Notes under the pieces: generated by a model
Databases searched by the model: none
What the model saw: the letters and a program-made list of their open reading frames with translations, nothing else
What the model was told of the DNA's origin: nothing
Made by a program: the position numbers and the translations under genes
Shown here: positions 40,169 through 54,976 of the stretch, in pieces
Position numbering within the stretch: position 1 is the stretch's first letter
How the letters are laid out: every line of letters begins with the position of its first letter
Source of the DNA: Eledone cirrhosa
Taxonomy: Eukaryota
Length of the DNA: 64,000 nt
Direction of reading: 5' to 3'
NCBI GenBank assembly: GCA_964016885.1
Contig: OZ024764.1
Location: 19,592,001-19,656,000 of the forward strand

Positions 40169-40654
40169 AAATAACATCATAATTGACAATATATAATACA
40201 CAGAAACTGAAGAGAGACTGTGTTACACTGTCTTATGTAATCAGTAAAGTAATCCATGATACATTAAAAAAGATGATATTATATATAAACTGCATTAGGA
40301 GAAAATTAGTGACGGAAAATTAGGAATGTTTATTTCAGAAATATTAAAGAAGTGAATCTTTAAATAAACAAAATATATTTAATCAACAGTCACAAAATTT
40401 GACTTATTTTACTAAGGGGATAAACAATTATAAACCGTATGCAGTCCTTACTTTATTATAGTTTAGATTTCACTTTCAAATCATGCCCAGGGTAGAGGGG
40501 ATTGGTTGTAGTCCTGTGGATATATTATGTTGAGAAATGAAAACAATAGCGGCTGCATCAGCGACTTGTCGATTAGGCTCGGTGGATTGGCAATATCGAT
40601 AAAGCGTGAGACACACCATGCTTTGCAGCATAGAGTTACGGCCCTTTACGATCT

Positions 40655-40775
40655 ATGTTCTGCCGAGGTTAACTTTGCCTTTCATCCTTATGGGGTCAAT
40701 AAAATAAAGTACCAGTAATGTACTGGGATAATTGCTGGCCTTGTGCCAAAAGTAGAAATAATTGTTATTATTAGC
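40655..40775 (+). mobile_element. SINE fragment (Meta-like domain)
   Basis: gccgaggttaactttgcctttcatccttatggggtcaataaaataaagtaccagt. Confidence 0.6.
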
Positions 40776-40779
40776 ATTC

Positions 40780-40780
40780 C

Positions 40781-40836
<56 letters not shown>

Positions 40837-40854
40837 CACACACATCAAATATAT

Positions 40855-40953
<99 letters not shown>

Positions 40954-41754
40954 CACACACATCAAATATATACACATATATATATATATATACATATACA
41001 CACACATCAAATATATACACATATATATATATATCCCAGAAAAACCTGGGACGAGCTGATAAATTCTGACCTCACACACTTACACCTCTCCAAGACAATG
41101 TCACTGGACCGAGATCTTTGGCGATACTCAGTAATAGAGAAGACCCGCCTTACCTAAATACAAAGTAAAACCTACTACAGTCAGTAGGCATCTCTAACAA
41201 AATACACCCCCGTCCCACCGCCCCCACCCCGCCCCTTTCAATGTAAAGTTATGTTGGTACCACAACATCCAGGCCGAAACAAATGAGATCGTGTAGGTGT
41301 CACGACAAAAAAACACACAGTCCACGCTGTAATGTGGCCGTGTAGGTAACACGGTAAAAACCTCCCAGTCCCACACTGTAAATGTGGTTGGTGTTAGGAA
41401 GGGCATCCAGCTGTAGAAAACCCGCCAGACAGTCCTATGCGAGCAAGACAACCACTCTTGCCTCAAGTGGGAAAACTCCCGTCCAAACCCATGCAAGCGT
41501 GTAACATGGACGTTAAACGATGATGATGATGATGATGATGATATATACATATACACACACATGAAATATATACACATATATATATATACATATACACACA
41601 CATCAAATATATACACATATATATATATACATATACACACACCTCAAATATATATATATACATATACACACACATCAAATATATATATATATATACATAT
41701 ACACACACAGCAAATATATACACATATATATATATATATATACACACACATCAA

Positions 41755-41795
<41 letters not shown>

Positions 41796-42310
41796 CACAC
41801 ACATCAAATATATACACATATATATATATATACATATACACACACATCAAATATATACACATATATATATATATATATACATATACACACACATCAAATA
41901 TATACACATATATATATATACATATACACACATCAAATATATACACACATATATATATATATATACATATACACACACATCAAATATATACACATATATA
42001 TGTATATATATATATATACATATACACACACATCAAATATATACACATATATATGTATATATATATATATACATATACACACACATCAAATATATACACA
42101 CATATATATATATACATATACACACACATCAAATATATACACATATATATATATATATATACATATACACACACATCAAATATATACACACATATATATA
42201 TATATACACACACATCAAATATATACACATATATATATATATATATACATATACACACACATCAAATATATACACACATATATATATATATACACACACA
42301 TCAAATATAT

Positions 42311-42353
<43 letters not shown>

Positions 42354-42371
42354 CACACACATCAAATATAT

Positions 42372-42452
<81 letters not shown>

Positions 42453-42461
42453 CACACACAT

Positions 42462-42499
<38 letters not shown>

Positions 42500-42562
42500 C
42501 ACACACATCAAATATATACACATATATATATATATATACATATACACACACATCAAATATAT

Positions 42563-42607
<45 letters not shown>

Positions 42608-42616
42608 CACACACAT

Positions 42617-42672
<56 letters not shown>

Positions 42673-42681
42673 CACACACAT

Positions 42682-42729
<48 letters not shown>

Positions 42730-42739
42730 TCAAGTATAT

Positions 42740-42776
<37 letters not shown>

Positions 42777-42931
42777 CACACACATCAAATATATACACAC
42801 ATATATATATATATACATATACACACACATCAAATATATACACATATATATATATATACATATACACACACATCAAATATATACACATATATATATATAT
42901 ATATATACATATACACACACATCAAATATAT

Positions 42932-42980
<49 letters not shown>

Positions 42981-43075
42981 CACACACATCAAATATATAC
43001 ACACATATATATATATATACATATACACACACATCAAATATATACACATATATATATATATATATATACATATAT
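40780..43075. repeat. Compound (TA)n / catatacacacacatcaaat satellite
   Basis: Fixed motif with a variable TA spacer. Interrupted by the 41035-41541 RTE and resumes at 46890-47510. Confidence 0.9.
41035..41541 (+). mobile_element. 5'-truncated RTE: ORF C-terminus, 3' UTR and (GAT)n tail
   Basis: [29 protein letters not shown], then ggtgttaggaagggcatccagctgtagaaa and ggacgttaaacgatgatgat. Confidence 0.75.
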
Positions 43076-43599
43076 CATCTGTGTTGAATGTGTGTGTATG
43101 TATTTGTATATATGCGACAGCAATAACAGCATCAACACCATTGTCTGCAGCAACACCAGCAGTGAAATGAAGGACAACAACAACAGTAACAACTACAACA
43201 ACTACAATAACAACTACAGCACCAACAACTGCCACCACCACACTGACACCATCCACCACCACTACACTGATACCATCCACCACCACCACACTGACACCAT
43301 CCACCACCGCCATTACCAGCGTAAAGCAAACAATTATTATTGTTATTATTATCATATACAAGCCGAACTGGACTGGGAAAGGTCAACAGTTGACATGATA
43401 GTGATTTTGACGATTTTGACTTTGATTTTGATTTTGTATCGGTACTGTCGGTAATATATGTATATATGTTTGTGAGTGGTGTGTGTGATTGTATGCATGA
43501 ATGAGTGTTGGTATGTGTGGTTGTGGTTTGTATGCATGAGTGTTGGTGTGTGAGTGTTTGTGTGTGCGTCGTGTCAATAAGTTTTTTTTTTTGTTTTTT

Positions 43600-46500
43600 T
43601 TTAATGACCATGCTGTAAAATGGAGGGGTAGAGAGGGCCCTTGAGTCTAGTAAGACATCCTCTCTAGTGCTGGTGGCACAAATAAAAGCACCCAGTCCAT
43701 GCTGTAAAGTGGCGCTGGTGTTAGGAAGGGCATCCAACCAGTGTATCAATGCCAAAATGCTTATCAGCACAGCAACAAAACAGCATAGAAAAAATATGAA
43801 GACGTCGCATCTCAGAGTTGCAACACAATGTTGGCACTCTCAGAGCTGGATCTGCTGAAATAGCGGAGATGCTGGAGAGAAGGCAGGTGGATGTGTGCTG
43901 CGTGCAAGAGGTGAGATGGAGAGGTGCCTCTGCGAGACTAGTCGTAGGCAAGCGTCTTAGCTATAAGCTATTCTGGGTAGGTAAGGATGATGGGTTAGGG
44001 GGAGTAGGCATTTTCCTGGCTGAGAAATGGATCAATAAGACAATAGAGGTAGTTCGAGTTAGTAATCGAATAATTAAGCTTAGATTAGTTGTAGGTAGGA
44101 GACTACTGACAATCATCTCGGTCTATGCTCCCCAAGCAGGCCTAGGCAAAGATGAGAAAGACTGCTTTTATGAGCAACTTTTGCAAACAACCACAATGAC
44201 AGAGGACGGAGACATCGTTATGCTAGCAGGAGACTTCAATGGTCATGTTGGACAGCTCCAGGATGGTTACACTGGGGTACATGGTGGGCACGGTTACGGT
44301 TCAAGAAATGAAGAAGGAGTGAGACTTCTTGAATTTTGTGATGCAAGTACATTGACTATTTGCAACACAAACTTCCAGAAACCTGCCAATCACCTAATAA
44401 CCTACAAATCTGGTGAGCACATAAGCCAGATTGACTTCCTGCTAGTTAGGCAGCGGGACAGGCAGATAGTGTCTAATACCAAGGCATACCCTGGGGAAGA
44501 ATGTACCCCACAGCATAGGTTAGTTGTTAGTGATATCTCAGTAAGCAAGAGATGGAATGAGACATATAGGAAGGTGTGGAGAAGAAAGGTCTGGAAGCTA
44601 AAAGACCTTTCACTAAAATTCAAATTTAGGAAAGCCCTTCAAGATGTATATGACGAAAAAGAAGACGATTTAGAGACGTATGACATAGATAATAACTGGA
44701 AGTTCTTACGTGACAACTTGCTGAAGGCTACTGATGAAACCTGTGGCTGGAGCAGAGCTCCAACCAGACAGAGAGTGACCTGGTGGTGGAACAGCAGTGT
44801 AGATAAGGCTATTAGAGACAAAAGACTAGCATGGAAGGCTTGGAATAAGGGTGGGAGTAGGGAAGAATATACAGCCACTAAGAGAGAAGCTAGACGTCAG
44901 GTGTACTTAGCACGCAGGGAGGCAGAGAGTAGGAGGTTTGCCAATGTTCTGCGACGGGAAGATCAGAGGCGTGCGGTGTTCCACATTGCAAGGCAGTGTG
45001 TCAATGCAAATCAGGATGTTGTTGGTGATAAATGTGTCCGGGATGATGCCGGTGTACTTAGTGTCACGAATGACCAGAAAAAGGAGGCCTGGAAATGTCA
45101 TTATGAGAGACTGATGAATGTGGAGAACGAATGGGAGAGAGAGAAATTACCCTTGGTAGATCCGACAGAGGGACCAGCTATTGAGATTGACGAATATAGG
45201 GTCCAAGAGGCGATTAGGGAAATGAAAAATGGTAAGGCGGCCGGACCATCAGGAATAGTTGCTGAGATGCTGAAGGCATCAGGGGACGTAGGCACTAAAC
45301 TGGTTGCACGCATAATCAATCAGGCTATATATGGTGGTGTCATACCCAAAGACTGGTGCAGCAGTATTCTCATAAATTGCTACAAAGGTAAAGGGGATGC
45401 TTTGGAGAGGAGCAATTATAGGGGTATAAAACTGATAGATCAGGTTATGAAAGTGGCAGAAAGGATTTTAGCACAACTAATTAGAGAAAGGGTCAAACTA
45501 GATGAGATGCAGTTTGGTTTTGTGCCTGGGAAGAGTACAACAGATGCCCTCTTCTTGGTGAGACAAATGCAAGAGAGGTTCTTAGAGAAGAATAAGCCAC
45601 TATACTTAGCCTTTGTTGACCTAGAGAAGGCCTTTGATAGGGTAGCCCGATCTGTCATCTGGTGGTCCCTAAGGAAGCTGGGTGTTGAGGAATGGCTTGT
45701 AAGGACAGTGCAAACTTTGTACAGAGGTACTCTCAGTAAAGTCAGGGTAGGAATGGAGTTTAGTGAGGAATTCCAGATACAAGTAGGAGTACATCAGGGT
45801 TCGGTCCTCAGCCCGCTCTTGTTCATTATAGTCCTCCAAGCCATAACAGAGGAGTTTAAGACTGGCTGTCCATGGGAACTTCTCTATGCTGACGATCTGG
45901 CTCTTATGGCAGAATCAGTAGAGGAGCTAGAGAATAAATTCCGGCTATGGAAACAGCAGTTGGAAGCAAGAGGACTGAGAGTAAATCTAGCTAAGACAAA
46001 AGTGTTGTTGAGTAGAAAAGAGGACAAAACCCTGATTCCGTCAGGGAAATGGCCATGTTCGATATGCAGAAAAGGAACTGGCATAAATTCTATAAAATGC
46101 ACACAATGTAGGTCCTGGGTACACAAGAGATGTAGCGGGATAGCAGGCAAACTAACAGGTAGGGAGAAATATGTATGCAGTAGATGTAAAGGGAAATTAG
46201 ACAGTAGAAGTCGCACTGATAGACACATTTTTCAAATGCGAGAGGGCGCTATAGAAGTGGTGGATAGCTTCCGGTACCTAGGAGATCAGATTAGCATGGG
46301 AGGAGGGTGTTCCGAGGCCATAGTATCTAGAATAAGGACGGGTTGGAAGAAGTTTAGGGAGCTGCTTCCTCTGTTGACGAAGAAGGGTTTCTCCCTGCGT
46401 ACGAAAGGCCGGTTGTATGATGCCTGTGTGAGGAGCGCGATGCTGCATGGTAGTGAGACATGGGCAGCTACCGCAGAAGATATGCGACGGCTGGAGAGAA

Positions 46501-46889
46501 ATGAGGCAAACATGCTCCGTTGGATGTGCAGTGTAAATGTGCGTGAACGACCCAGCATAAATGTGTTGAGAGAGAAACTGTGTCTGAGAGGGATAGAATG
46601 TAGTGTACGGGACAGGAGACTGAGGTGGTATGGACATGTGATGCGCATGGAGGATGACCGATGGGTGAAGAAGTGCCAGGAAATGCCAGTTGAAGGAAGA
46701 CGTGGTAGAGGTAGACCACGAAAAACATGGGCGGAGGTGGTGAGAACAGACCTCAGATCATTGAAGCTCACGGTGGAGATGACGAGGGACCGTGACGAGT
46801 GGAGAGATGCTGTGCTGAATAAGACCCGTCCCACCCTTGCAAGCAGGGAAAAGCGGACGTAAAATGATGATGATGATGATGATGATGAT
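43600..46889 (+). mobile_element. Near-intact RTE-clade LINE
   Basis: 5' UTR motif ggtgttaggaagggcatcc, a long ORF, and a (TGA)n tail at 46864-46889. The 5' boundary is approximate. Confidence 0.92.
43818..46862 (+). CDS. RTE polyprotein: APE endonuclease, reverse transcriptase and PHD-like finger
   Basis: 1014 uninterrupted codons: [44 protein letters not shown]4HC3 cluster, WYGHV. The likely ATG (43796) is out of frame. Confidence 0.88.
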   Translation: MQHNVGTLRAGSAEIAEMLERRQVDVCCVQEVRWRGASARLVVGKRLSYKLFWVGKDDGLGGVGIFLAEKWINKTIEVVRVSNRIIKLRLVVGRRLLTIISVYAPQAGLGKDEKDCFYEQLLQTTTMTEDGDIVMLAGDFNGHVGQLQDGYTGVHGGHGYGSRNEEGVRLLEFCDASTLTICNTNFQKPANHLITYKSGEHISQIDFLLVRQRDRQIVSNTKAYPGEECTPQHRLVVSDISVSKRWNETYRKVWRRKVWKLKDLSLKFKFRKALQDVYDEKEDDLETYDIDNNWKFLRDNLLKATDETCGWSRAPTRQRVTWWWNSSVDKAIRDKRLAWKAWNKGGSREEYTATKREARRQVYLARREAESRRFANVLRREDQRRAVFHIARQCVNANQDVVGDKCVRDDAGVLSVTNDQKKEAWKCHYERLMNVENEWEREKLPLVDPTEGPAIEIDEYRVQEAIREMKNGKAAGPSGIVAEMLKASGDVGTKLVARIINQAIYGGVIPKDWCSSILINCYKGKGDALERSNYRGIKLIDQVMKVAERILAQLIRERVKLDEMQFGFVPGKSTTDALFLVRQMQERFLEKNKPLYLAFVDLEKAFDRVARSVIWWSLRKLGVEEWLVRTVQTLYRGTLSKVRVGMEFSEEFQIQVGVHQGSVLSPLLFIIVLQAITEEFKTGCPWELLYADDLALMAESVEELENKFRLWKQQLEARGLRVNLAKTKVLLSRKEDKTLIPSGKWPCSICRKGTGINSIKCTQCRSWVHKRCSGIAGKLTGREKYVCSRCKGKLDSRSRTDRHIFQMREGAIEVVDSFRYLGDQISMGGGCSEAIVSRIRTGWKKFRELLPLLTKKGFSLRTKGRLYDACVRSAMLHGSETWAATAEDMRRLERNEANMLRWMCSVNVRERPSINVLREKLCLRGIECSVRDRRLRWYGHVMRMEDDRWVKKCQEMPVEGRRGRGRPRKTWAEVVRTDLRSLKLTVEMTRDRDEWRDAVLNKTRPTLASREKRT

Positions 46890-47234
46890 ATACACACACA
46901 TCAAATATATACACATATATATATATACATATACACACACATCAAATATATACACATATATATATATATATATATATACATATACACACACATCAAATAT
47001 ATACACACATATATATATATATATATACATATACACACACATCAAATATATACACACATATATATATATATATACATATACACACACATCAAATATATAC
47101 ATATATATATACATATACACACACATCAAATATATACACATATATATATATATATATACATATACACACACATCAAATATATACACATATATATATATAT
47201 ATATATATACATATACACACACATCAAATATATA

Positions 47235-47268
<34 letters not shown>

Positions 47269-47510
47269 CACACACATCAAATATATACACATATATATAT
47301 ATACACACACATCAAATATATACACATATATATATATATATACATATACACACACATCAAATATATACATATATATATACATATACACACACATCAAATA
47401 TATACACATATATATATATACATATACACACACATCAAATATATACACACACATATATATATATATATATATACATATACACACACATCAAAAATATATA
47501 TATATATATA
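46890..47510. repeat. Continuation of compound TA/CA satellite
   Basis: Same motif as 40780-43075. Confidence 0.9.
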
Positions 47511-47993
47511 TCATACTGTTTATTATTTCAGAAAACCAACTGTATGCTCGTGGCTTGTCTTGCTTGTGACAGGACCGACTGGAGGGCATGCTGATGACTC
47601 CTTCCCCAAGACCCTCCCTGGGAGAAGTGGACAAAGAAGAGGAGATGTATCATCAATATTTATCATTTAAAGACTAAAGGAAGATGTTATACTGAACAGA
47701 CATAACTCAGTTTATATGGTAGAATTACTGTGAAATATTTCTTCAGAACAACAATCCTGTTTGTCTTTGTCTGGAATATGAGATGATCCTACATTGTAAT
47801 TAAAGTTGGATAAATTTACTAAACAGTTTCGTGCCTCTTCAGATATCAACAAAGATCAAAGGAAATAAAACACAAAGAATATTTGTTTGGAATGAAATTT
47901 TGAAACAAAAACAAGAAAAGAAACAATATATTTTAGTAAGAAGAGAAAAATAATGGAAAAAGGAATTTAAAGAATTTATTTTGACCTGCAGAG

Positions 47994-49190
47994 ATGCCAA
48001 ATGTGACAGGGAAATCACACCACTGTGATATTTGTGGTAAATTATTCTCCAAAAAACATCACTTAACTAGACACAAACTAAGTCATACAGGAGAGAAGCC
48101 ATACCACTGTGATATCTGTGGTAAATCATTCTCTCATAGTAATACCTTAAGTAATCACAAACATATTCATACAGGAGAGAAGCCATATTACTGTGATATC
48201 TGTGGTAAATCGTTCTCTGAAGCTGGTCACATTGTTAAACATAAACGTACTCATACAGGAGAGAAGCCATATCACTGTGATATCTGTGGTAAATCATTCT
48301 CTCAGAGTAGTACATTAACTAGACACAAACACACTCATACAGGACAGAAACCATATCACTGTGATATCTGTGGTAAAGCATACTCTGTAGCTAGCATCTT
48401 AACTCAACACAAACGTATTCATACAGCAGAGAAGCCATATCACTGTGATATCTGTAGTAAATATTATTCTACATGTGGTGACCTAACTAGACACGTGCGT
48501 ATTCATACAGGAGAGAAGCCATATCATTGTGATATTTGCAGTAAATCATTCTCTGACAGTAGTATGTTAACTATTCACAAACGTAATCATACAGGAGAGA
48601 AACCATATCACTGTGATATCTGCAGTAAATCATTCTCTGTAGCTAGTACCTTAACTCAACACAAAACTACTCATAGTGGAGAGAAGCCATATCTTTGTGA
48701 TATCTGTGGTAAATCATTCTCTCAAAATAGTACCTTAATTAAACACAAACGTATTCATACAAGAGAGAAGTCATATTGCTGTGATATCTGTGGTAAAGCA
48801 TTTTCTAACAAAGATCACTTACCTATTCACAAGCGTACGCACACAGGAGAGAAACCATATCACTGTGATATATGTGGTAAATCATTCTCTGTAGCTAGTA
48901 CCTTAAATACTCACAAACGTACTCATACAGGAGAGAAACCATACCACTGTAATATCTGTGGTAAATCATTCTCTGTAGCTAGTGACTTAAATATTCACAA
49001 ACGTACTCATACAGGAGAGAAACCATACCACTGTAATATCTGTAGTAAATCATTCTCTCGAAGCAATCATTTAACTAGACACAAACGTATTCATTCAGGA
49101 GAGAAGCCATATCATTGTGATGTCTGCGGTAAATCATTCTCTGAAAATTATAATCTAATTAGACATGCAGATACTCATACTGAAGTGTAA
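47994..49190 (+). CDS. C2H2 zinc-finger protein, 14 tandem fingers, no effector domain visible
   Basis: Intact 398-aa ORF with TGEKPY linkers, ending HTEV*. Acceptor-like ttattatttcag at 47531 and ctgcag at 47991. Confidence 0.93.
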   Translation: MPNVTGKSHHCDICGKLFSKKHHLTRHKLSHTGEKPYHCDICGKSFSHSNTLSNHKHIHTGEKPYYCDICGKSFSEAGHIVKHKRTHTGEKPYHCDICGKSFSQSSTLTRHKHTHTGQKPYHCDICGKAYSVASILTQHKRIHTAEKPYHCDICSKYYSTCGDLTRHVRIHTGEKPYHCDICSKSFSDSSMLTIHKRNHTGEKPYHCDICSKSFSVASTLTQHKTTHSGEKPYLCDICGKSFSQNSTLIKHKRIHTREKSYCCDICGKAFSNKDHLPIHKRTHTGEKPYHCDICGKSFSVASTLNTHKRTHTGEKPYHCNICGKSFSVASDLNIHKRTHTGEKPYHCNICSKSFSRSNHLTRHKRIHSGEKPYHCDVCGKSFSENYNLIRHADTHTEV

Positions 49191-49607
49191 CTGTATCAAA
49201 GTAAAAAATTCAATACATTACACAACAACCACACACATCAGTCCAGGGCCTTCTTTAAGAAGAACCCCTCCCTGGTTAACCTCCACTGCTTTTGGTCATG
49301 TCAGGCATGTAGCTGCACTCACCATGCTTGCTCTATTGCAAGTTGGAGAGAGTATCAAACCCATAGTTGGATGGATGGCTGTCGACTCTAGTTCATCCAC
49401 CCTTTTAACAGCTCTTGTTTTTTGTGCTTTTGGTGTTCCAGGTTCTGGTGGGGGATCTGGTTTAGTCACTGACCATTCAACCATGAAGCAGGTTGTACTG
49501 GGTTCTGCCACTCGCAGGTGAACCATATTCCCAGCTAAAGATGGAGTTTTAACCTTGGTTTTATACATCTTTTTCGCCTTGTTTCTGTTTTGTAAGACTG
49601 TGTTTCA

Positions 49608-51538
49608 TGTGAAGAGAAGCACTCCTTGCAATGGTGAAGAGATGCACTCCTTGCAATGGTGAAGAGATGCACTCCTTGCAGTGGTGAAGAGATGCACTCC
49701 TTGCAATGGTGAAGAGAAGCACTCCTTGCAATGGTGAAGAGATGCACTCCTTGCAATGGTGAAGAGAAGCACCCCTTGCAATGGTGAAGAGACGCACTCC
49801 TTGCAATGGTGAAGAGAAGCACTCCTTGCAATGGTGAAGAGAAGCACTCCTTGCAATGGTGAAGAGAAGCACTCCTTGCAATGGTGAAGAGAAGCACTCC
49901 TTGCAATGGTGAAGAGAAGCACTCCTTGCAATGGTCAAGAGATGCACTCCTTGCAGTGGTGAAGAGATGCACTCCTTGCAGTGGTGAAGAGATGCACTCC
50001 TTGCAATGGTGAAGAGATGCACTCCTTGCAATGGTGAAGAGATGCACTCCTTGCAATGGTGAAGAGAAGCACTCCTTGCAATGGTGAAGAGATGCACTCC
50101 TTGCAATGGTGAAGAGATGCACTCCTTGCAGTGGTGAAGAGATGCACTCCTTGCAATGGTGAAGAGAAGCACTCCTTGCAATGGTGAAGAGATGCACTCC
50201 TTGCAATGGTGAAGAGAAGCACCCCTTGCAATGGTGAAGAGACGCACTCCTTGCAATGGTGAAGAGAAGCACTCCTTGCAATGGTGAAGAGAAGCACTCC
50301 TTGCAATGGTGAAGAGAAGCACTCCTTGCAATGGTGAAGAGAAGCACTCCTTGCAATGGTGAAGAGAAGCACTCCTTGCAATGGTCAAGAGATGCACTCC
50401 TTGCAGTGGTGAAGAGATGCACTCCTTGCAGTGGTGAAGAGATGCACTCCTTGCAATGGTGAAGAGATGCACTCCTTGCAATGGTGAAGAGATGCACTCC
50501 TTGCAATGGTGAAGAGAAGCACTCCTTGCAATGGTGAAGAGATGCACTCCTTGCAGTGGTGAAGAGATGCACTCCTTGCAGTGGTGAAGAGAAGCACTCC
50601 TTGCAATGGTGAAGAGATGCACTCCTTGCAATGGTGAAGAGATGCACTCCTTGCAGTGGTGAAGAGATGCATTCCTTGCAATGGTGAAGAGAAGCACTCC
50701 TTGCAATGGTGAAGAGAAGCACTCCTTGCAATGGTGAAGAGAAGCACTCCTTGCAATGGTGAAGAGAAGCACTCCTTGCAATGGTGAAGAGATGCACTCC
50801 TTGCAGTGGTGAAGAGATGCACTCCTTGCAGTGGTGAAGAGAAGCACTCCTTGCAATGGTGAAGAGATGCACTCCTTGCAATGGTGAAGAGATGCACTCC
50901 TTGCAGTGGTGAAGAGATGCATTCCTTGCAATGGTGAAGAGAAGCACTCCTTGCAATGGTGAAGAGAAGCACTCCTTGCAATGGTGAAGAGATGCACTCC
51001 TTGCAGTGGTGAAGAGATGCACTCCTTGCAATGGTGAAGAGAAGCACTCCTTGCAATGGTGAAGAGAAGCACTCCTTGCAATGGTGAAGAGATGCACTCC
51101 TTGCAGTGGTGAAGAGATGCATTCCTTGCAATGGTGAAGAGAAGCACTCCTTGCAATGGTGAAGAGAAGCACTCCTTGCAATGGTGAAGAGAAGCACTCC
51201 TTGCAATGGTGAAGAGAAGCACTCCTTGCAATGGTGAAGAGATGCACTCCTTGCAATGGTGAAGAGATGCACTCCTTGCAATGGTGAAGAGAAGCACTCC
51301 TTGCAATGGTGAAGAGATGCACTCCTTGCAATGGTGAAGAGAAGCACTCCTTGCAATGGTGAAGAGAAGCACTCCTTGCAATGGTGAAGAGATGCACTCC
51401 TTGCAGTGGTGAAGAGATGCATTCCTTGCAATGGTGAAGAGAAGCACTCCTTGCAATGGTGAAGAGACGCACTCCTTGCAATGGTGAAGAGAAGCACTCC
51501 TTGCAATGGTGAAGAGACACACTCCTTACAATGGTGAA
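49608..51538 (+). repeat. 25-bp minisatellite from RTE coding sequence
   Basis: Unit gaagagaagcactccttgcaatggt. The last unit runs into MVKRWKLAWYGHV. A 450-bp higher-order duplication is visible. Confidence 0.9.
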
Positions 51539-51745
51539 AAGGTGGAAGCTTGCCTGGTATGGTCATGTACCCTGCCACCCTTGTCTAAAACATTCTTCTG
51601 GGCACCATCGAGGTACAGCGAAGAAGAGATAAACGGGGAATCCTGATCCAACAACATTAAAGATTAGACTGGTCACAACACGAGTCCCTTCCACACATGA
51701 TGGAGAAGAGACAAGTGGTGAAAGTGTCTAGAGTGGCACCCCAAC
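51530..51745 (+). mobile_element. Old RTE (BovB-like) 3' fragment
   Basis: KRWKLAWYGHV..LSKT..GTIE..RRR..NNIKD*TG..agtggcaccccaac. Confidence 0.65.
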
Positions 51746-54700
51746 AGCTGGTTGTACCAGTGGCACATCTAGAGAGGCACCCCAACGACTGGCTGCACCA
51801 GTGGCACATCTAGAGTGGCACCCCAACAACTGGCTGGACCAGTGGCACCCCAATGACTGGCTGTACCAGTGGCACATCTAGAGAGGCACCCCAACGACTG
51901 GCTGTACCAGTGGCACATCTAGAGTGGCACCCCAACGACTGGCTGTACCAGTGGCACATCTAGAGAGGCACCCCAACGACTGACTGTACCAGTGGCACAT
52001 CTAGAGTGGCACCCCAACGACTGGCTGTACCAGTGGCACATCTAGAGTGGCACCCCAACGACTGGCTGTACCAGTGGCACCCCAATGACTGGCTGTACCA
52101 GTGGCACATCTAGAGAGGCACCCCAACAGCTGGTTGTACCAGTGGCACATCTAGAGTGGCAACCCAACGACTGGCTGTAGCAGTGGCACCCCAATGACTG
52201 GCTGTACCAGTGGCACATCTAGAGAGGCACCCCAACAGCTGGTTGTACCAGTGGCACATCTAGAGAGGCACCCCAACGACTGGCTGTACCAGTGGCACAT
52301 CTAGAGTGGCACCCCAACGACCGGCTGTACCAGTGGCACATCTAGTGTGGCACCCCACGACTGACTGCACCAGTGGCACATCTAGCGTGGCACCCCAACG
52401 ACTGGCTGCACCAGTGGCACATCTAGAGTGGCACCCCAACGACTGGCTGTACCAGTGTCACATCTAGAGTGGCCCCCCAATGACTGGCTGCACCAGTGGC
52501 ACATCTTGAGTGGCACCCCAACAACTGGCTGCACCAGTGGCACATCTAGTGTGGAACCCCAACGACTGGCTGCACCAGTGGCACATCTAGTGTGGCACCC
52601 CAACGACTGACTGTACCAGTGGCACATCTAGAGTGGCACCCCAACAACTGGCTGCACAAGTGGCACATCTAGAGAGGCACCCCAACGACTGGTTGTACCA
52701 GTGACACATCTAGAGTGGCACCCAACGACTGGCTGTACCAGTGGCACATCTAGAGAGGCACCCCAACGACCGGCTGTACCGGTGGCACCCCAATGACTGG
52801 CTGTACCAGTGGCACATCTAGAGAGGCACCCCAACAGCTGGTTGTACCAGTGGCACATCTAGAGAGGCACCCCAACGACTGGCTGTACCAGTGGCACATC
52901 TAGAGTGGCACCCCAACGACTGGCTGTACCAGTGACACCCCAACGACTGGCTGTACCAGTGGCACATCTAGTGTGGAACCCCACGACTGGCTGCACCAGT
53001 GGCACATCTAGCGTGGCACCCCAACGACTGGCTGCACCAGTGGCACATCTAGAGTGGCACCCCAACGACCGGCTGTACCAGTGGCACATCTAGTGTGACA
53101 CCCCAACGACTGGCTGTACCAGTGGCACATCTAGAGTGGCACCCCAACGACTGGCTGTACCAGTGGCACATCTAGAGTGGCACCCCAACGACCGGCTGTA
53201 CCAGTGGCACATCTAGAGTGACACCCCAACGACTGGCTGTACCAGTGGCACATCTAGTGTGACACCCCAACGACTGGCTGTACCAGTGGCACCCCAACGA
53301 CTGGCTGTACCAGTGGCACATCTAGAGTGGCACCCCAACGACTGGCTGTACCAGTGGCACCCCAACGACTGGCTGTACCAGTGGCACATCTAGAGTGGCA
53401 CCCCAACGACTGGCTGTACCAGTGGCACATCTAGTGTGACACCCCAACGACTGGCTGTACCAGTGGCACATCTAGAGTGGCACCCCAACGACTGGCTGTA
53501 CCAGTGGCACATCTAGAGTGGCACCCCAACGACCGGCTGTACCAGTGGCACATCTAGAGTGACACCCCAACGACTGGCTGTACCAGTGGCACATCTAGTG
53601 TGACACCCCAACGACTGGCTGTACCAGTGGCACCCCAACGACTGGCTGTACCAGTGGCACATCTAGAGTGGCACCCCAACGACTGGCTGTACCAGTGGCA
53701 CATCTAGAGTGACACCCCAACGACTGGCTGTACCAGTGGCACCCCAACGACTGGCTGTACCAGTGGCACCCCAACGACTGGCTGTACCAGTGGCACATCT
53801 AGAGTGGCACCCCAACGACCGGCTGTACCAGTGGCACATCTAGAGTGACACCCCAACGACTGGCTGTACCAGTGGCACATCTAGTGTGACACCCCAACGA
53901 CTGGCTGTACCAGTGGCACCCCAACGACTGGCTGTACCAGTGGCACATCTAGAGTGGCACCCCAACGACTGGCTGTACCAGTGGCACATCTAGAGTGACA
54001 CCCCAACGACTGGCTGTACCAGTGGCACCCCAACGACTGGCTGTACCAGTGGCACATCTAGAGTGGCACCCCAACAACTGGCTGCACTAGTGGCACATCT
54101 AGTGTGGCACCCCAACGACTGGCTGCACCAGTGGCACATCTAGTGTGGCACCCCAACGACTGACTACCAGTGGCACATCTAGAGAGGCACCCCAACGACT
54201 GGCTGTACCAGTGGCACCCCAATAACTGGCTGTACCAGTGGCACATCTAGAGTGGCACCCCAACGACTGGTTGTACCAGTGACACATCTAGAGTGGCACC
54301 CCAACGACTGGTTGTACCAGTGGCACATCTAGAGAGGCACCCCAACGACCGGCTGTACCAGTGGCACCCCAACGACTGGCTGTACCAGTGGCACATCTAG
54401 AGTGGCACCCCAACGACTGGCTGTACCAGTGTCACATCTAGAGTGGCACCCCAACGACTGGCTGTACCAGTGGCACATCTAGAGAGGCACCCCAACGACT
54501 GGCTGTACCAGTGGCACATCTAGAGAGGCACCCCAACGACTGGCTGTACCAGTGGCACATCTAGAGTGGCACCCCAACGACCGGCTGTACCAGTGACACA
54601 TCTAGAGAGGCACCCCAACGACCGGCTGTACCAGTGGCACATCTAGAGAGGCACCCCAACGACTGGCTGTACCAGTGGCACATCTAGAGTGGCACCCCAA

Positions 54701-54843
54701 CGACTGACTGTACCAGTGGCACATCTAGAGAGGCACTCCAACGACTGGCTGTACCAGTGGCACATCTAGTGTGGCACCCCAACGACTGGCTGTACCAGTG
54801 GCACATCTAGTGTGGCACCCCAACGACTGGCTGTACCAGTGGC
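51727..54843 (+). repeat. 41/27-bp minisatellite
   Basis: Unit tagagtggcaccccaacgactggctgtaccagtggcacatc. 27-bp variants arise by slippage at agtggcac. Confidence 0.92.
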
Positions 54844-54976
54844 AGGAACATGCTAGACTGACATATACGAGGGTGTCCTGAGACGTTGGTTCTTCAATTC
54901 TGACTTCATTGTTTTTCTAAAATCCTAAAATCTAAATAAAGCTGATTTAATAAATTGTTTTTTCTCTCATTCTAAA

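Noticed and set aside
40780-47510. Fixed motif with variable spacers resembling a CRISPR array
   Set aside because: The spacers are only (TA)n, the context is eukaryotic, and there are no cas genes.
47591-47650. CTGATGA in the ZNF 5' exon as a hammerhead
   Set aside because: No stem II-GAAA-stem III arrangement follows.
54867-54900. tacgagggtgtcc mariner-like TIR
   Set aside because: No partner TIR or transposase is visible.
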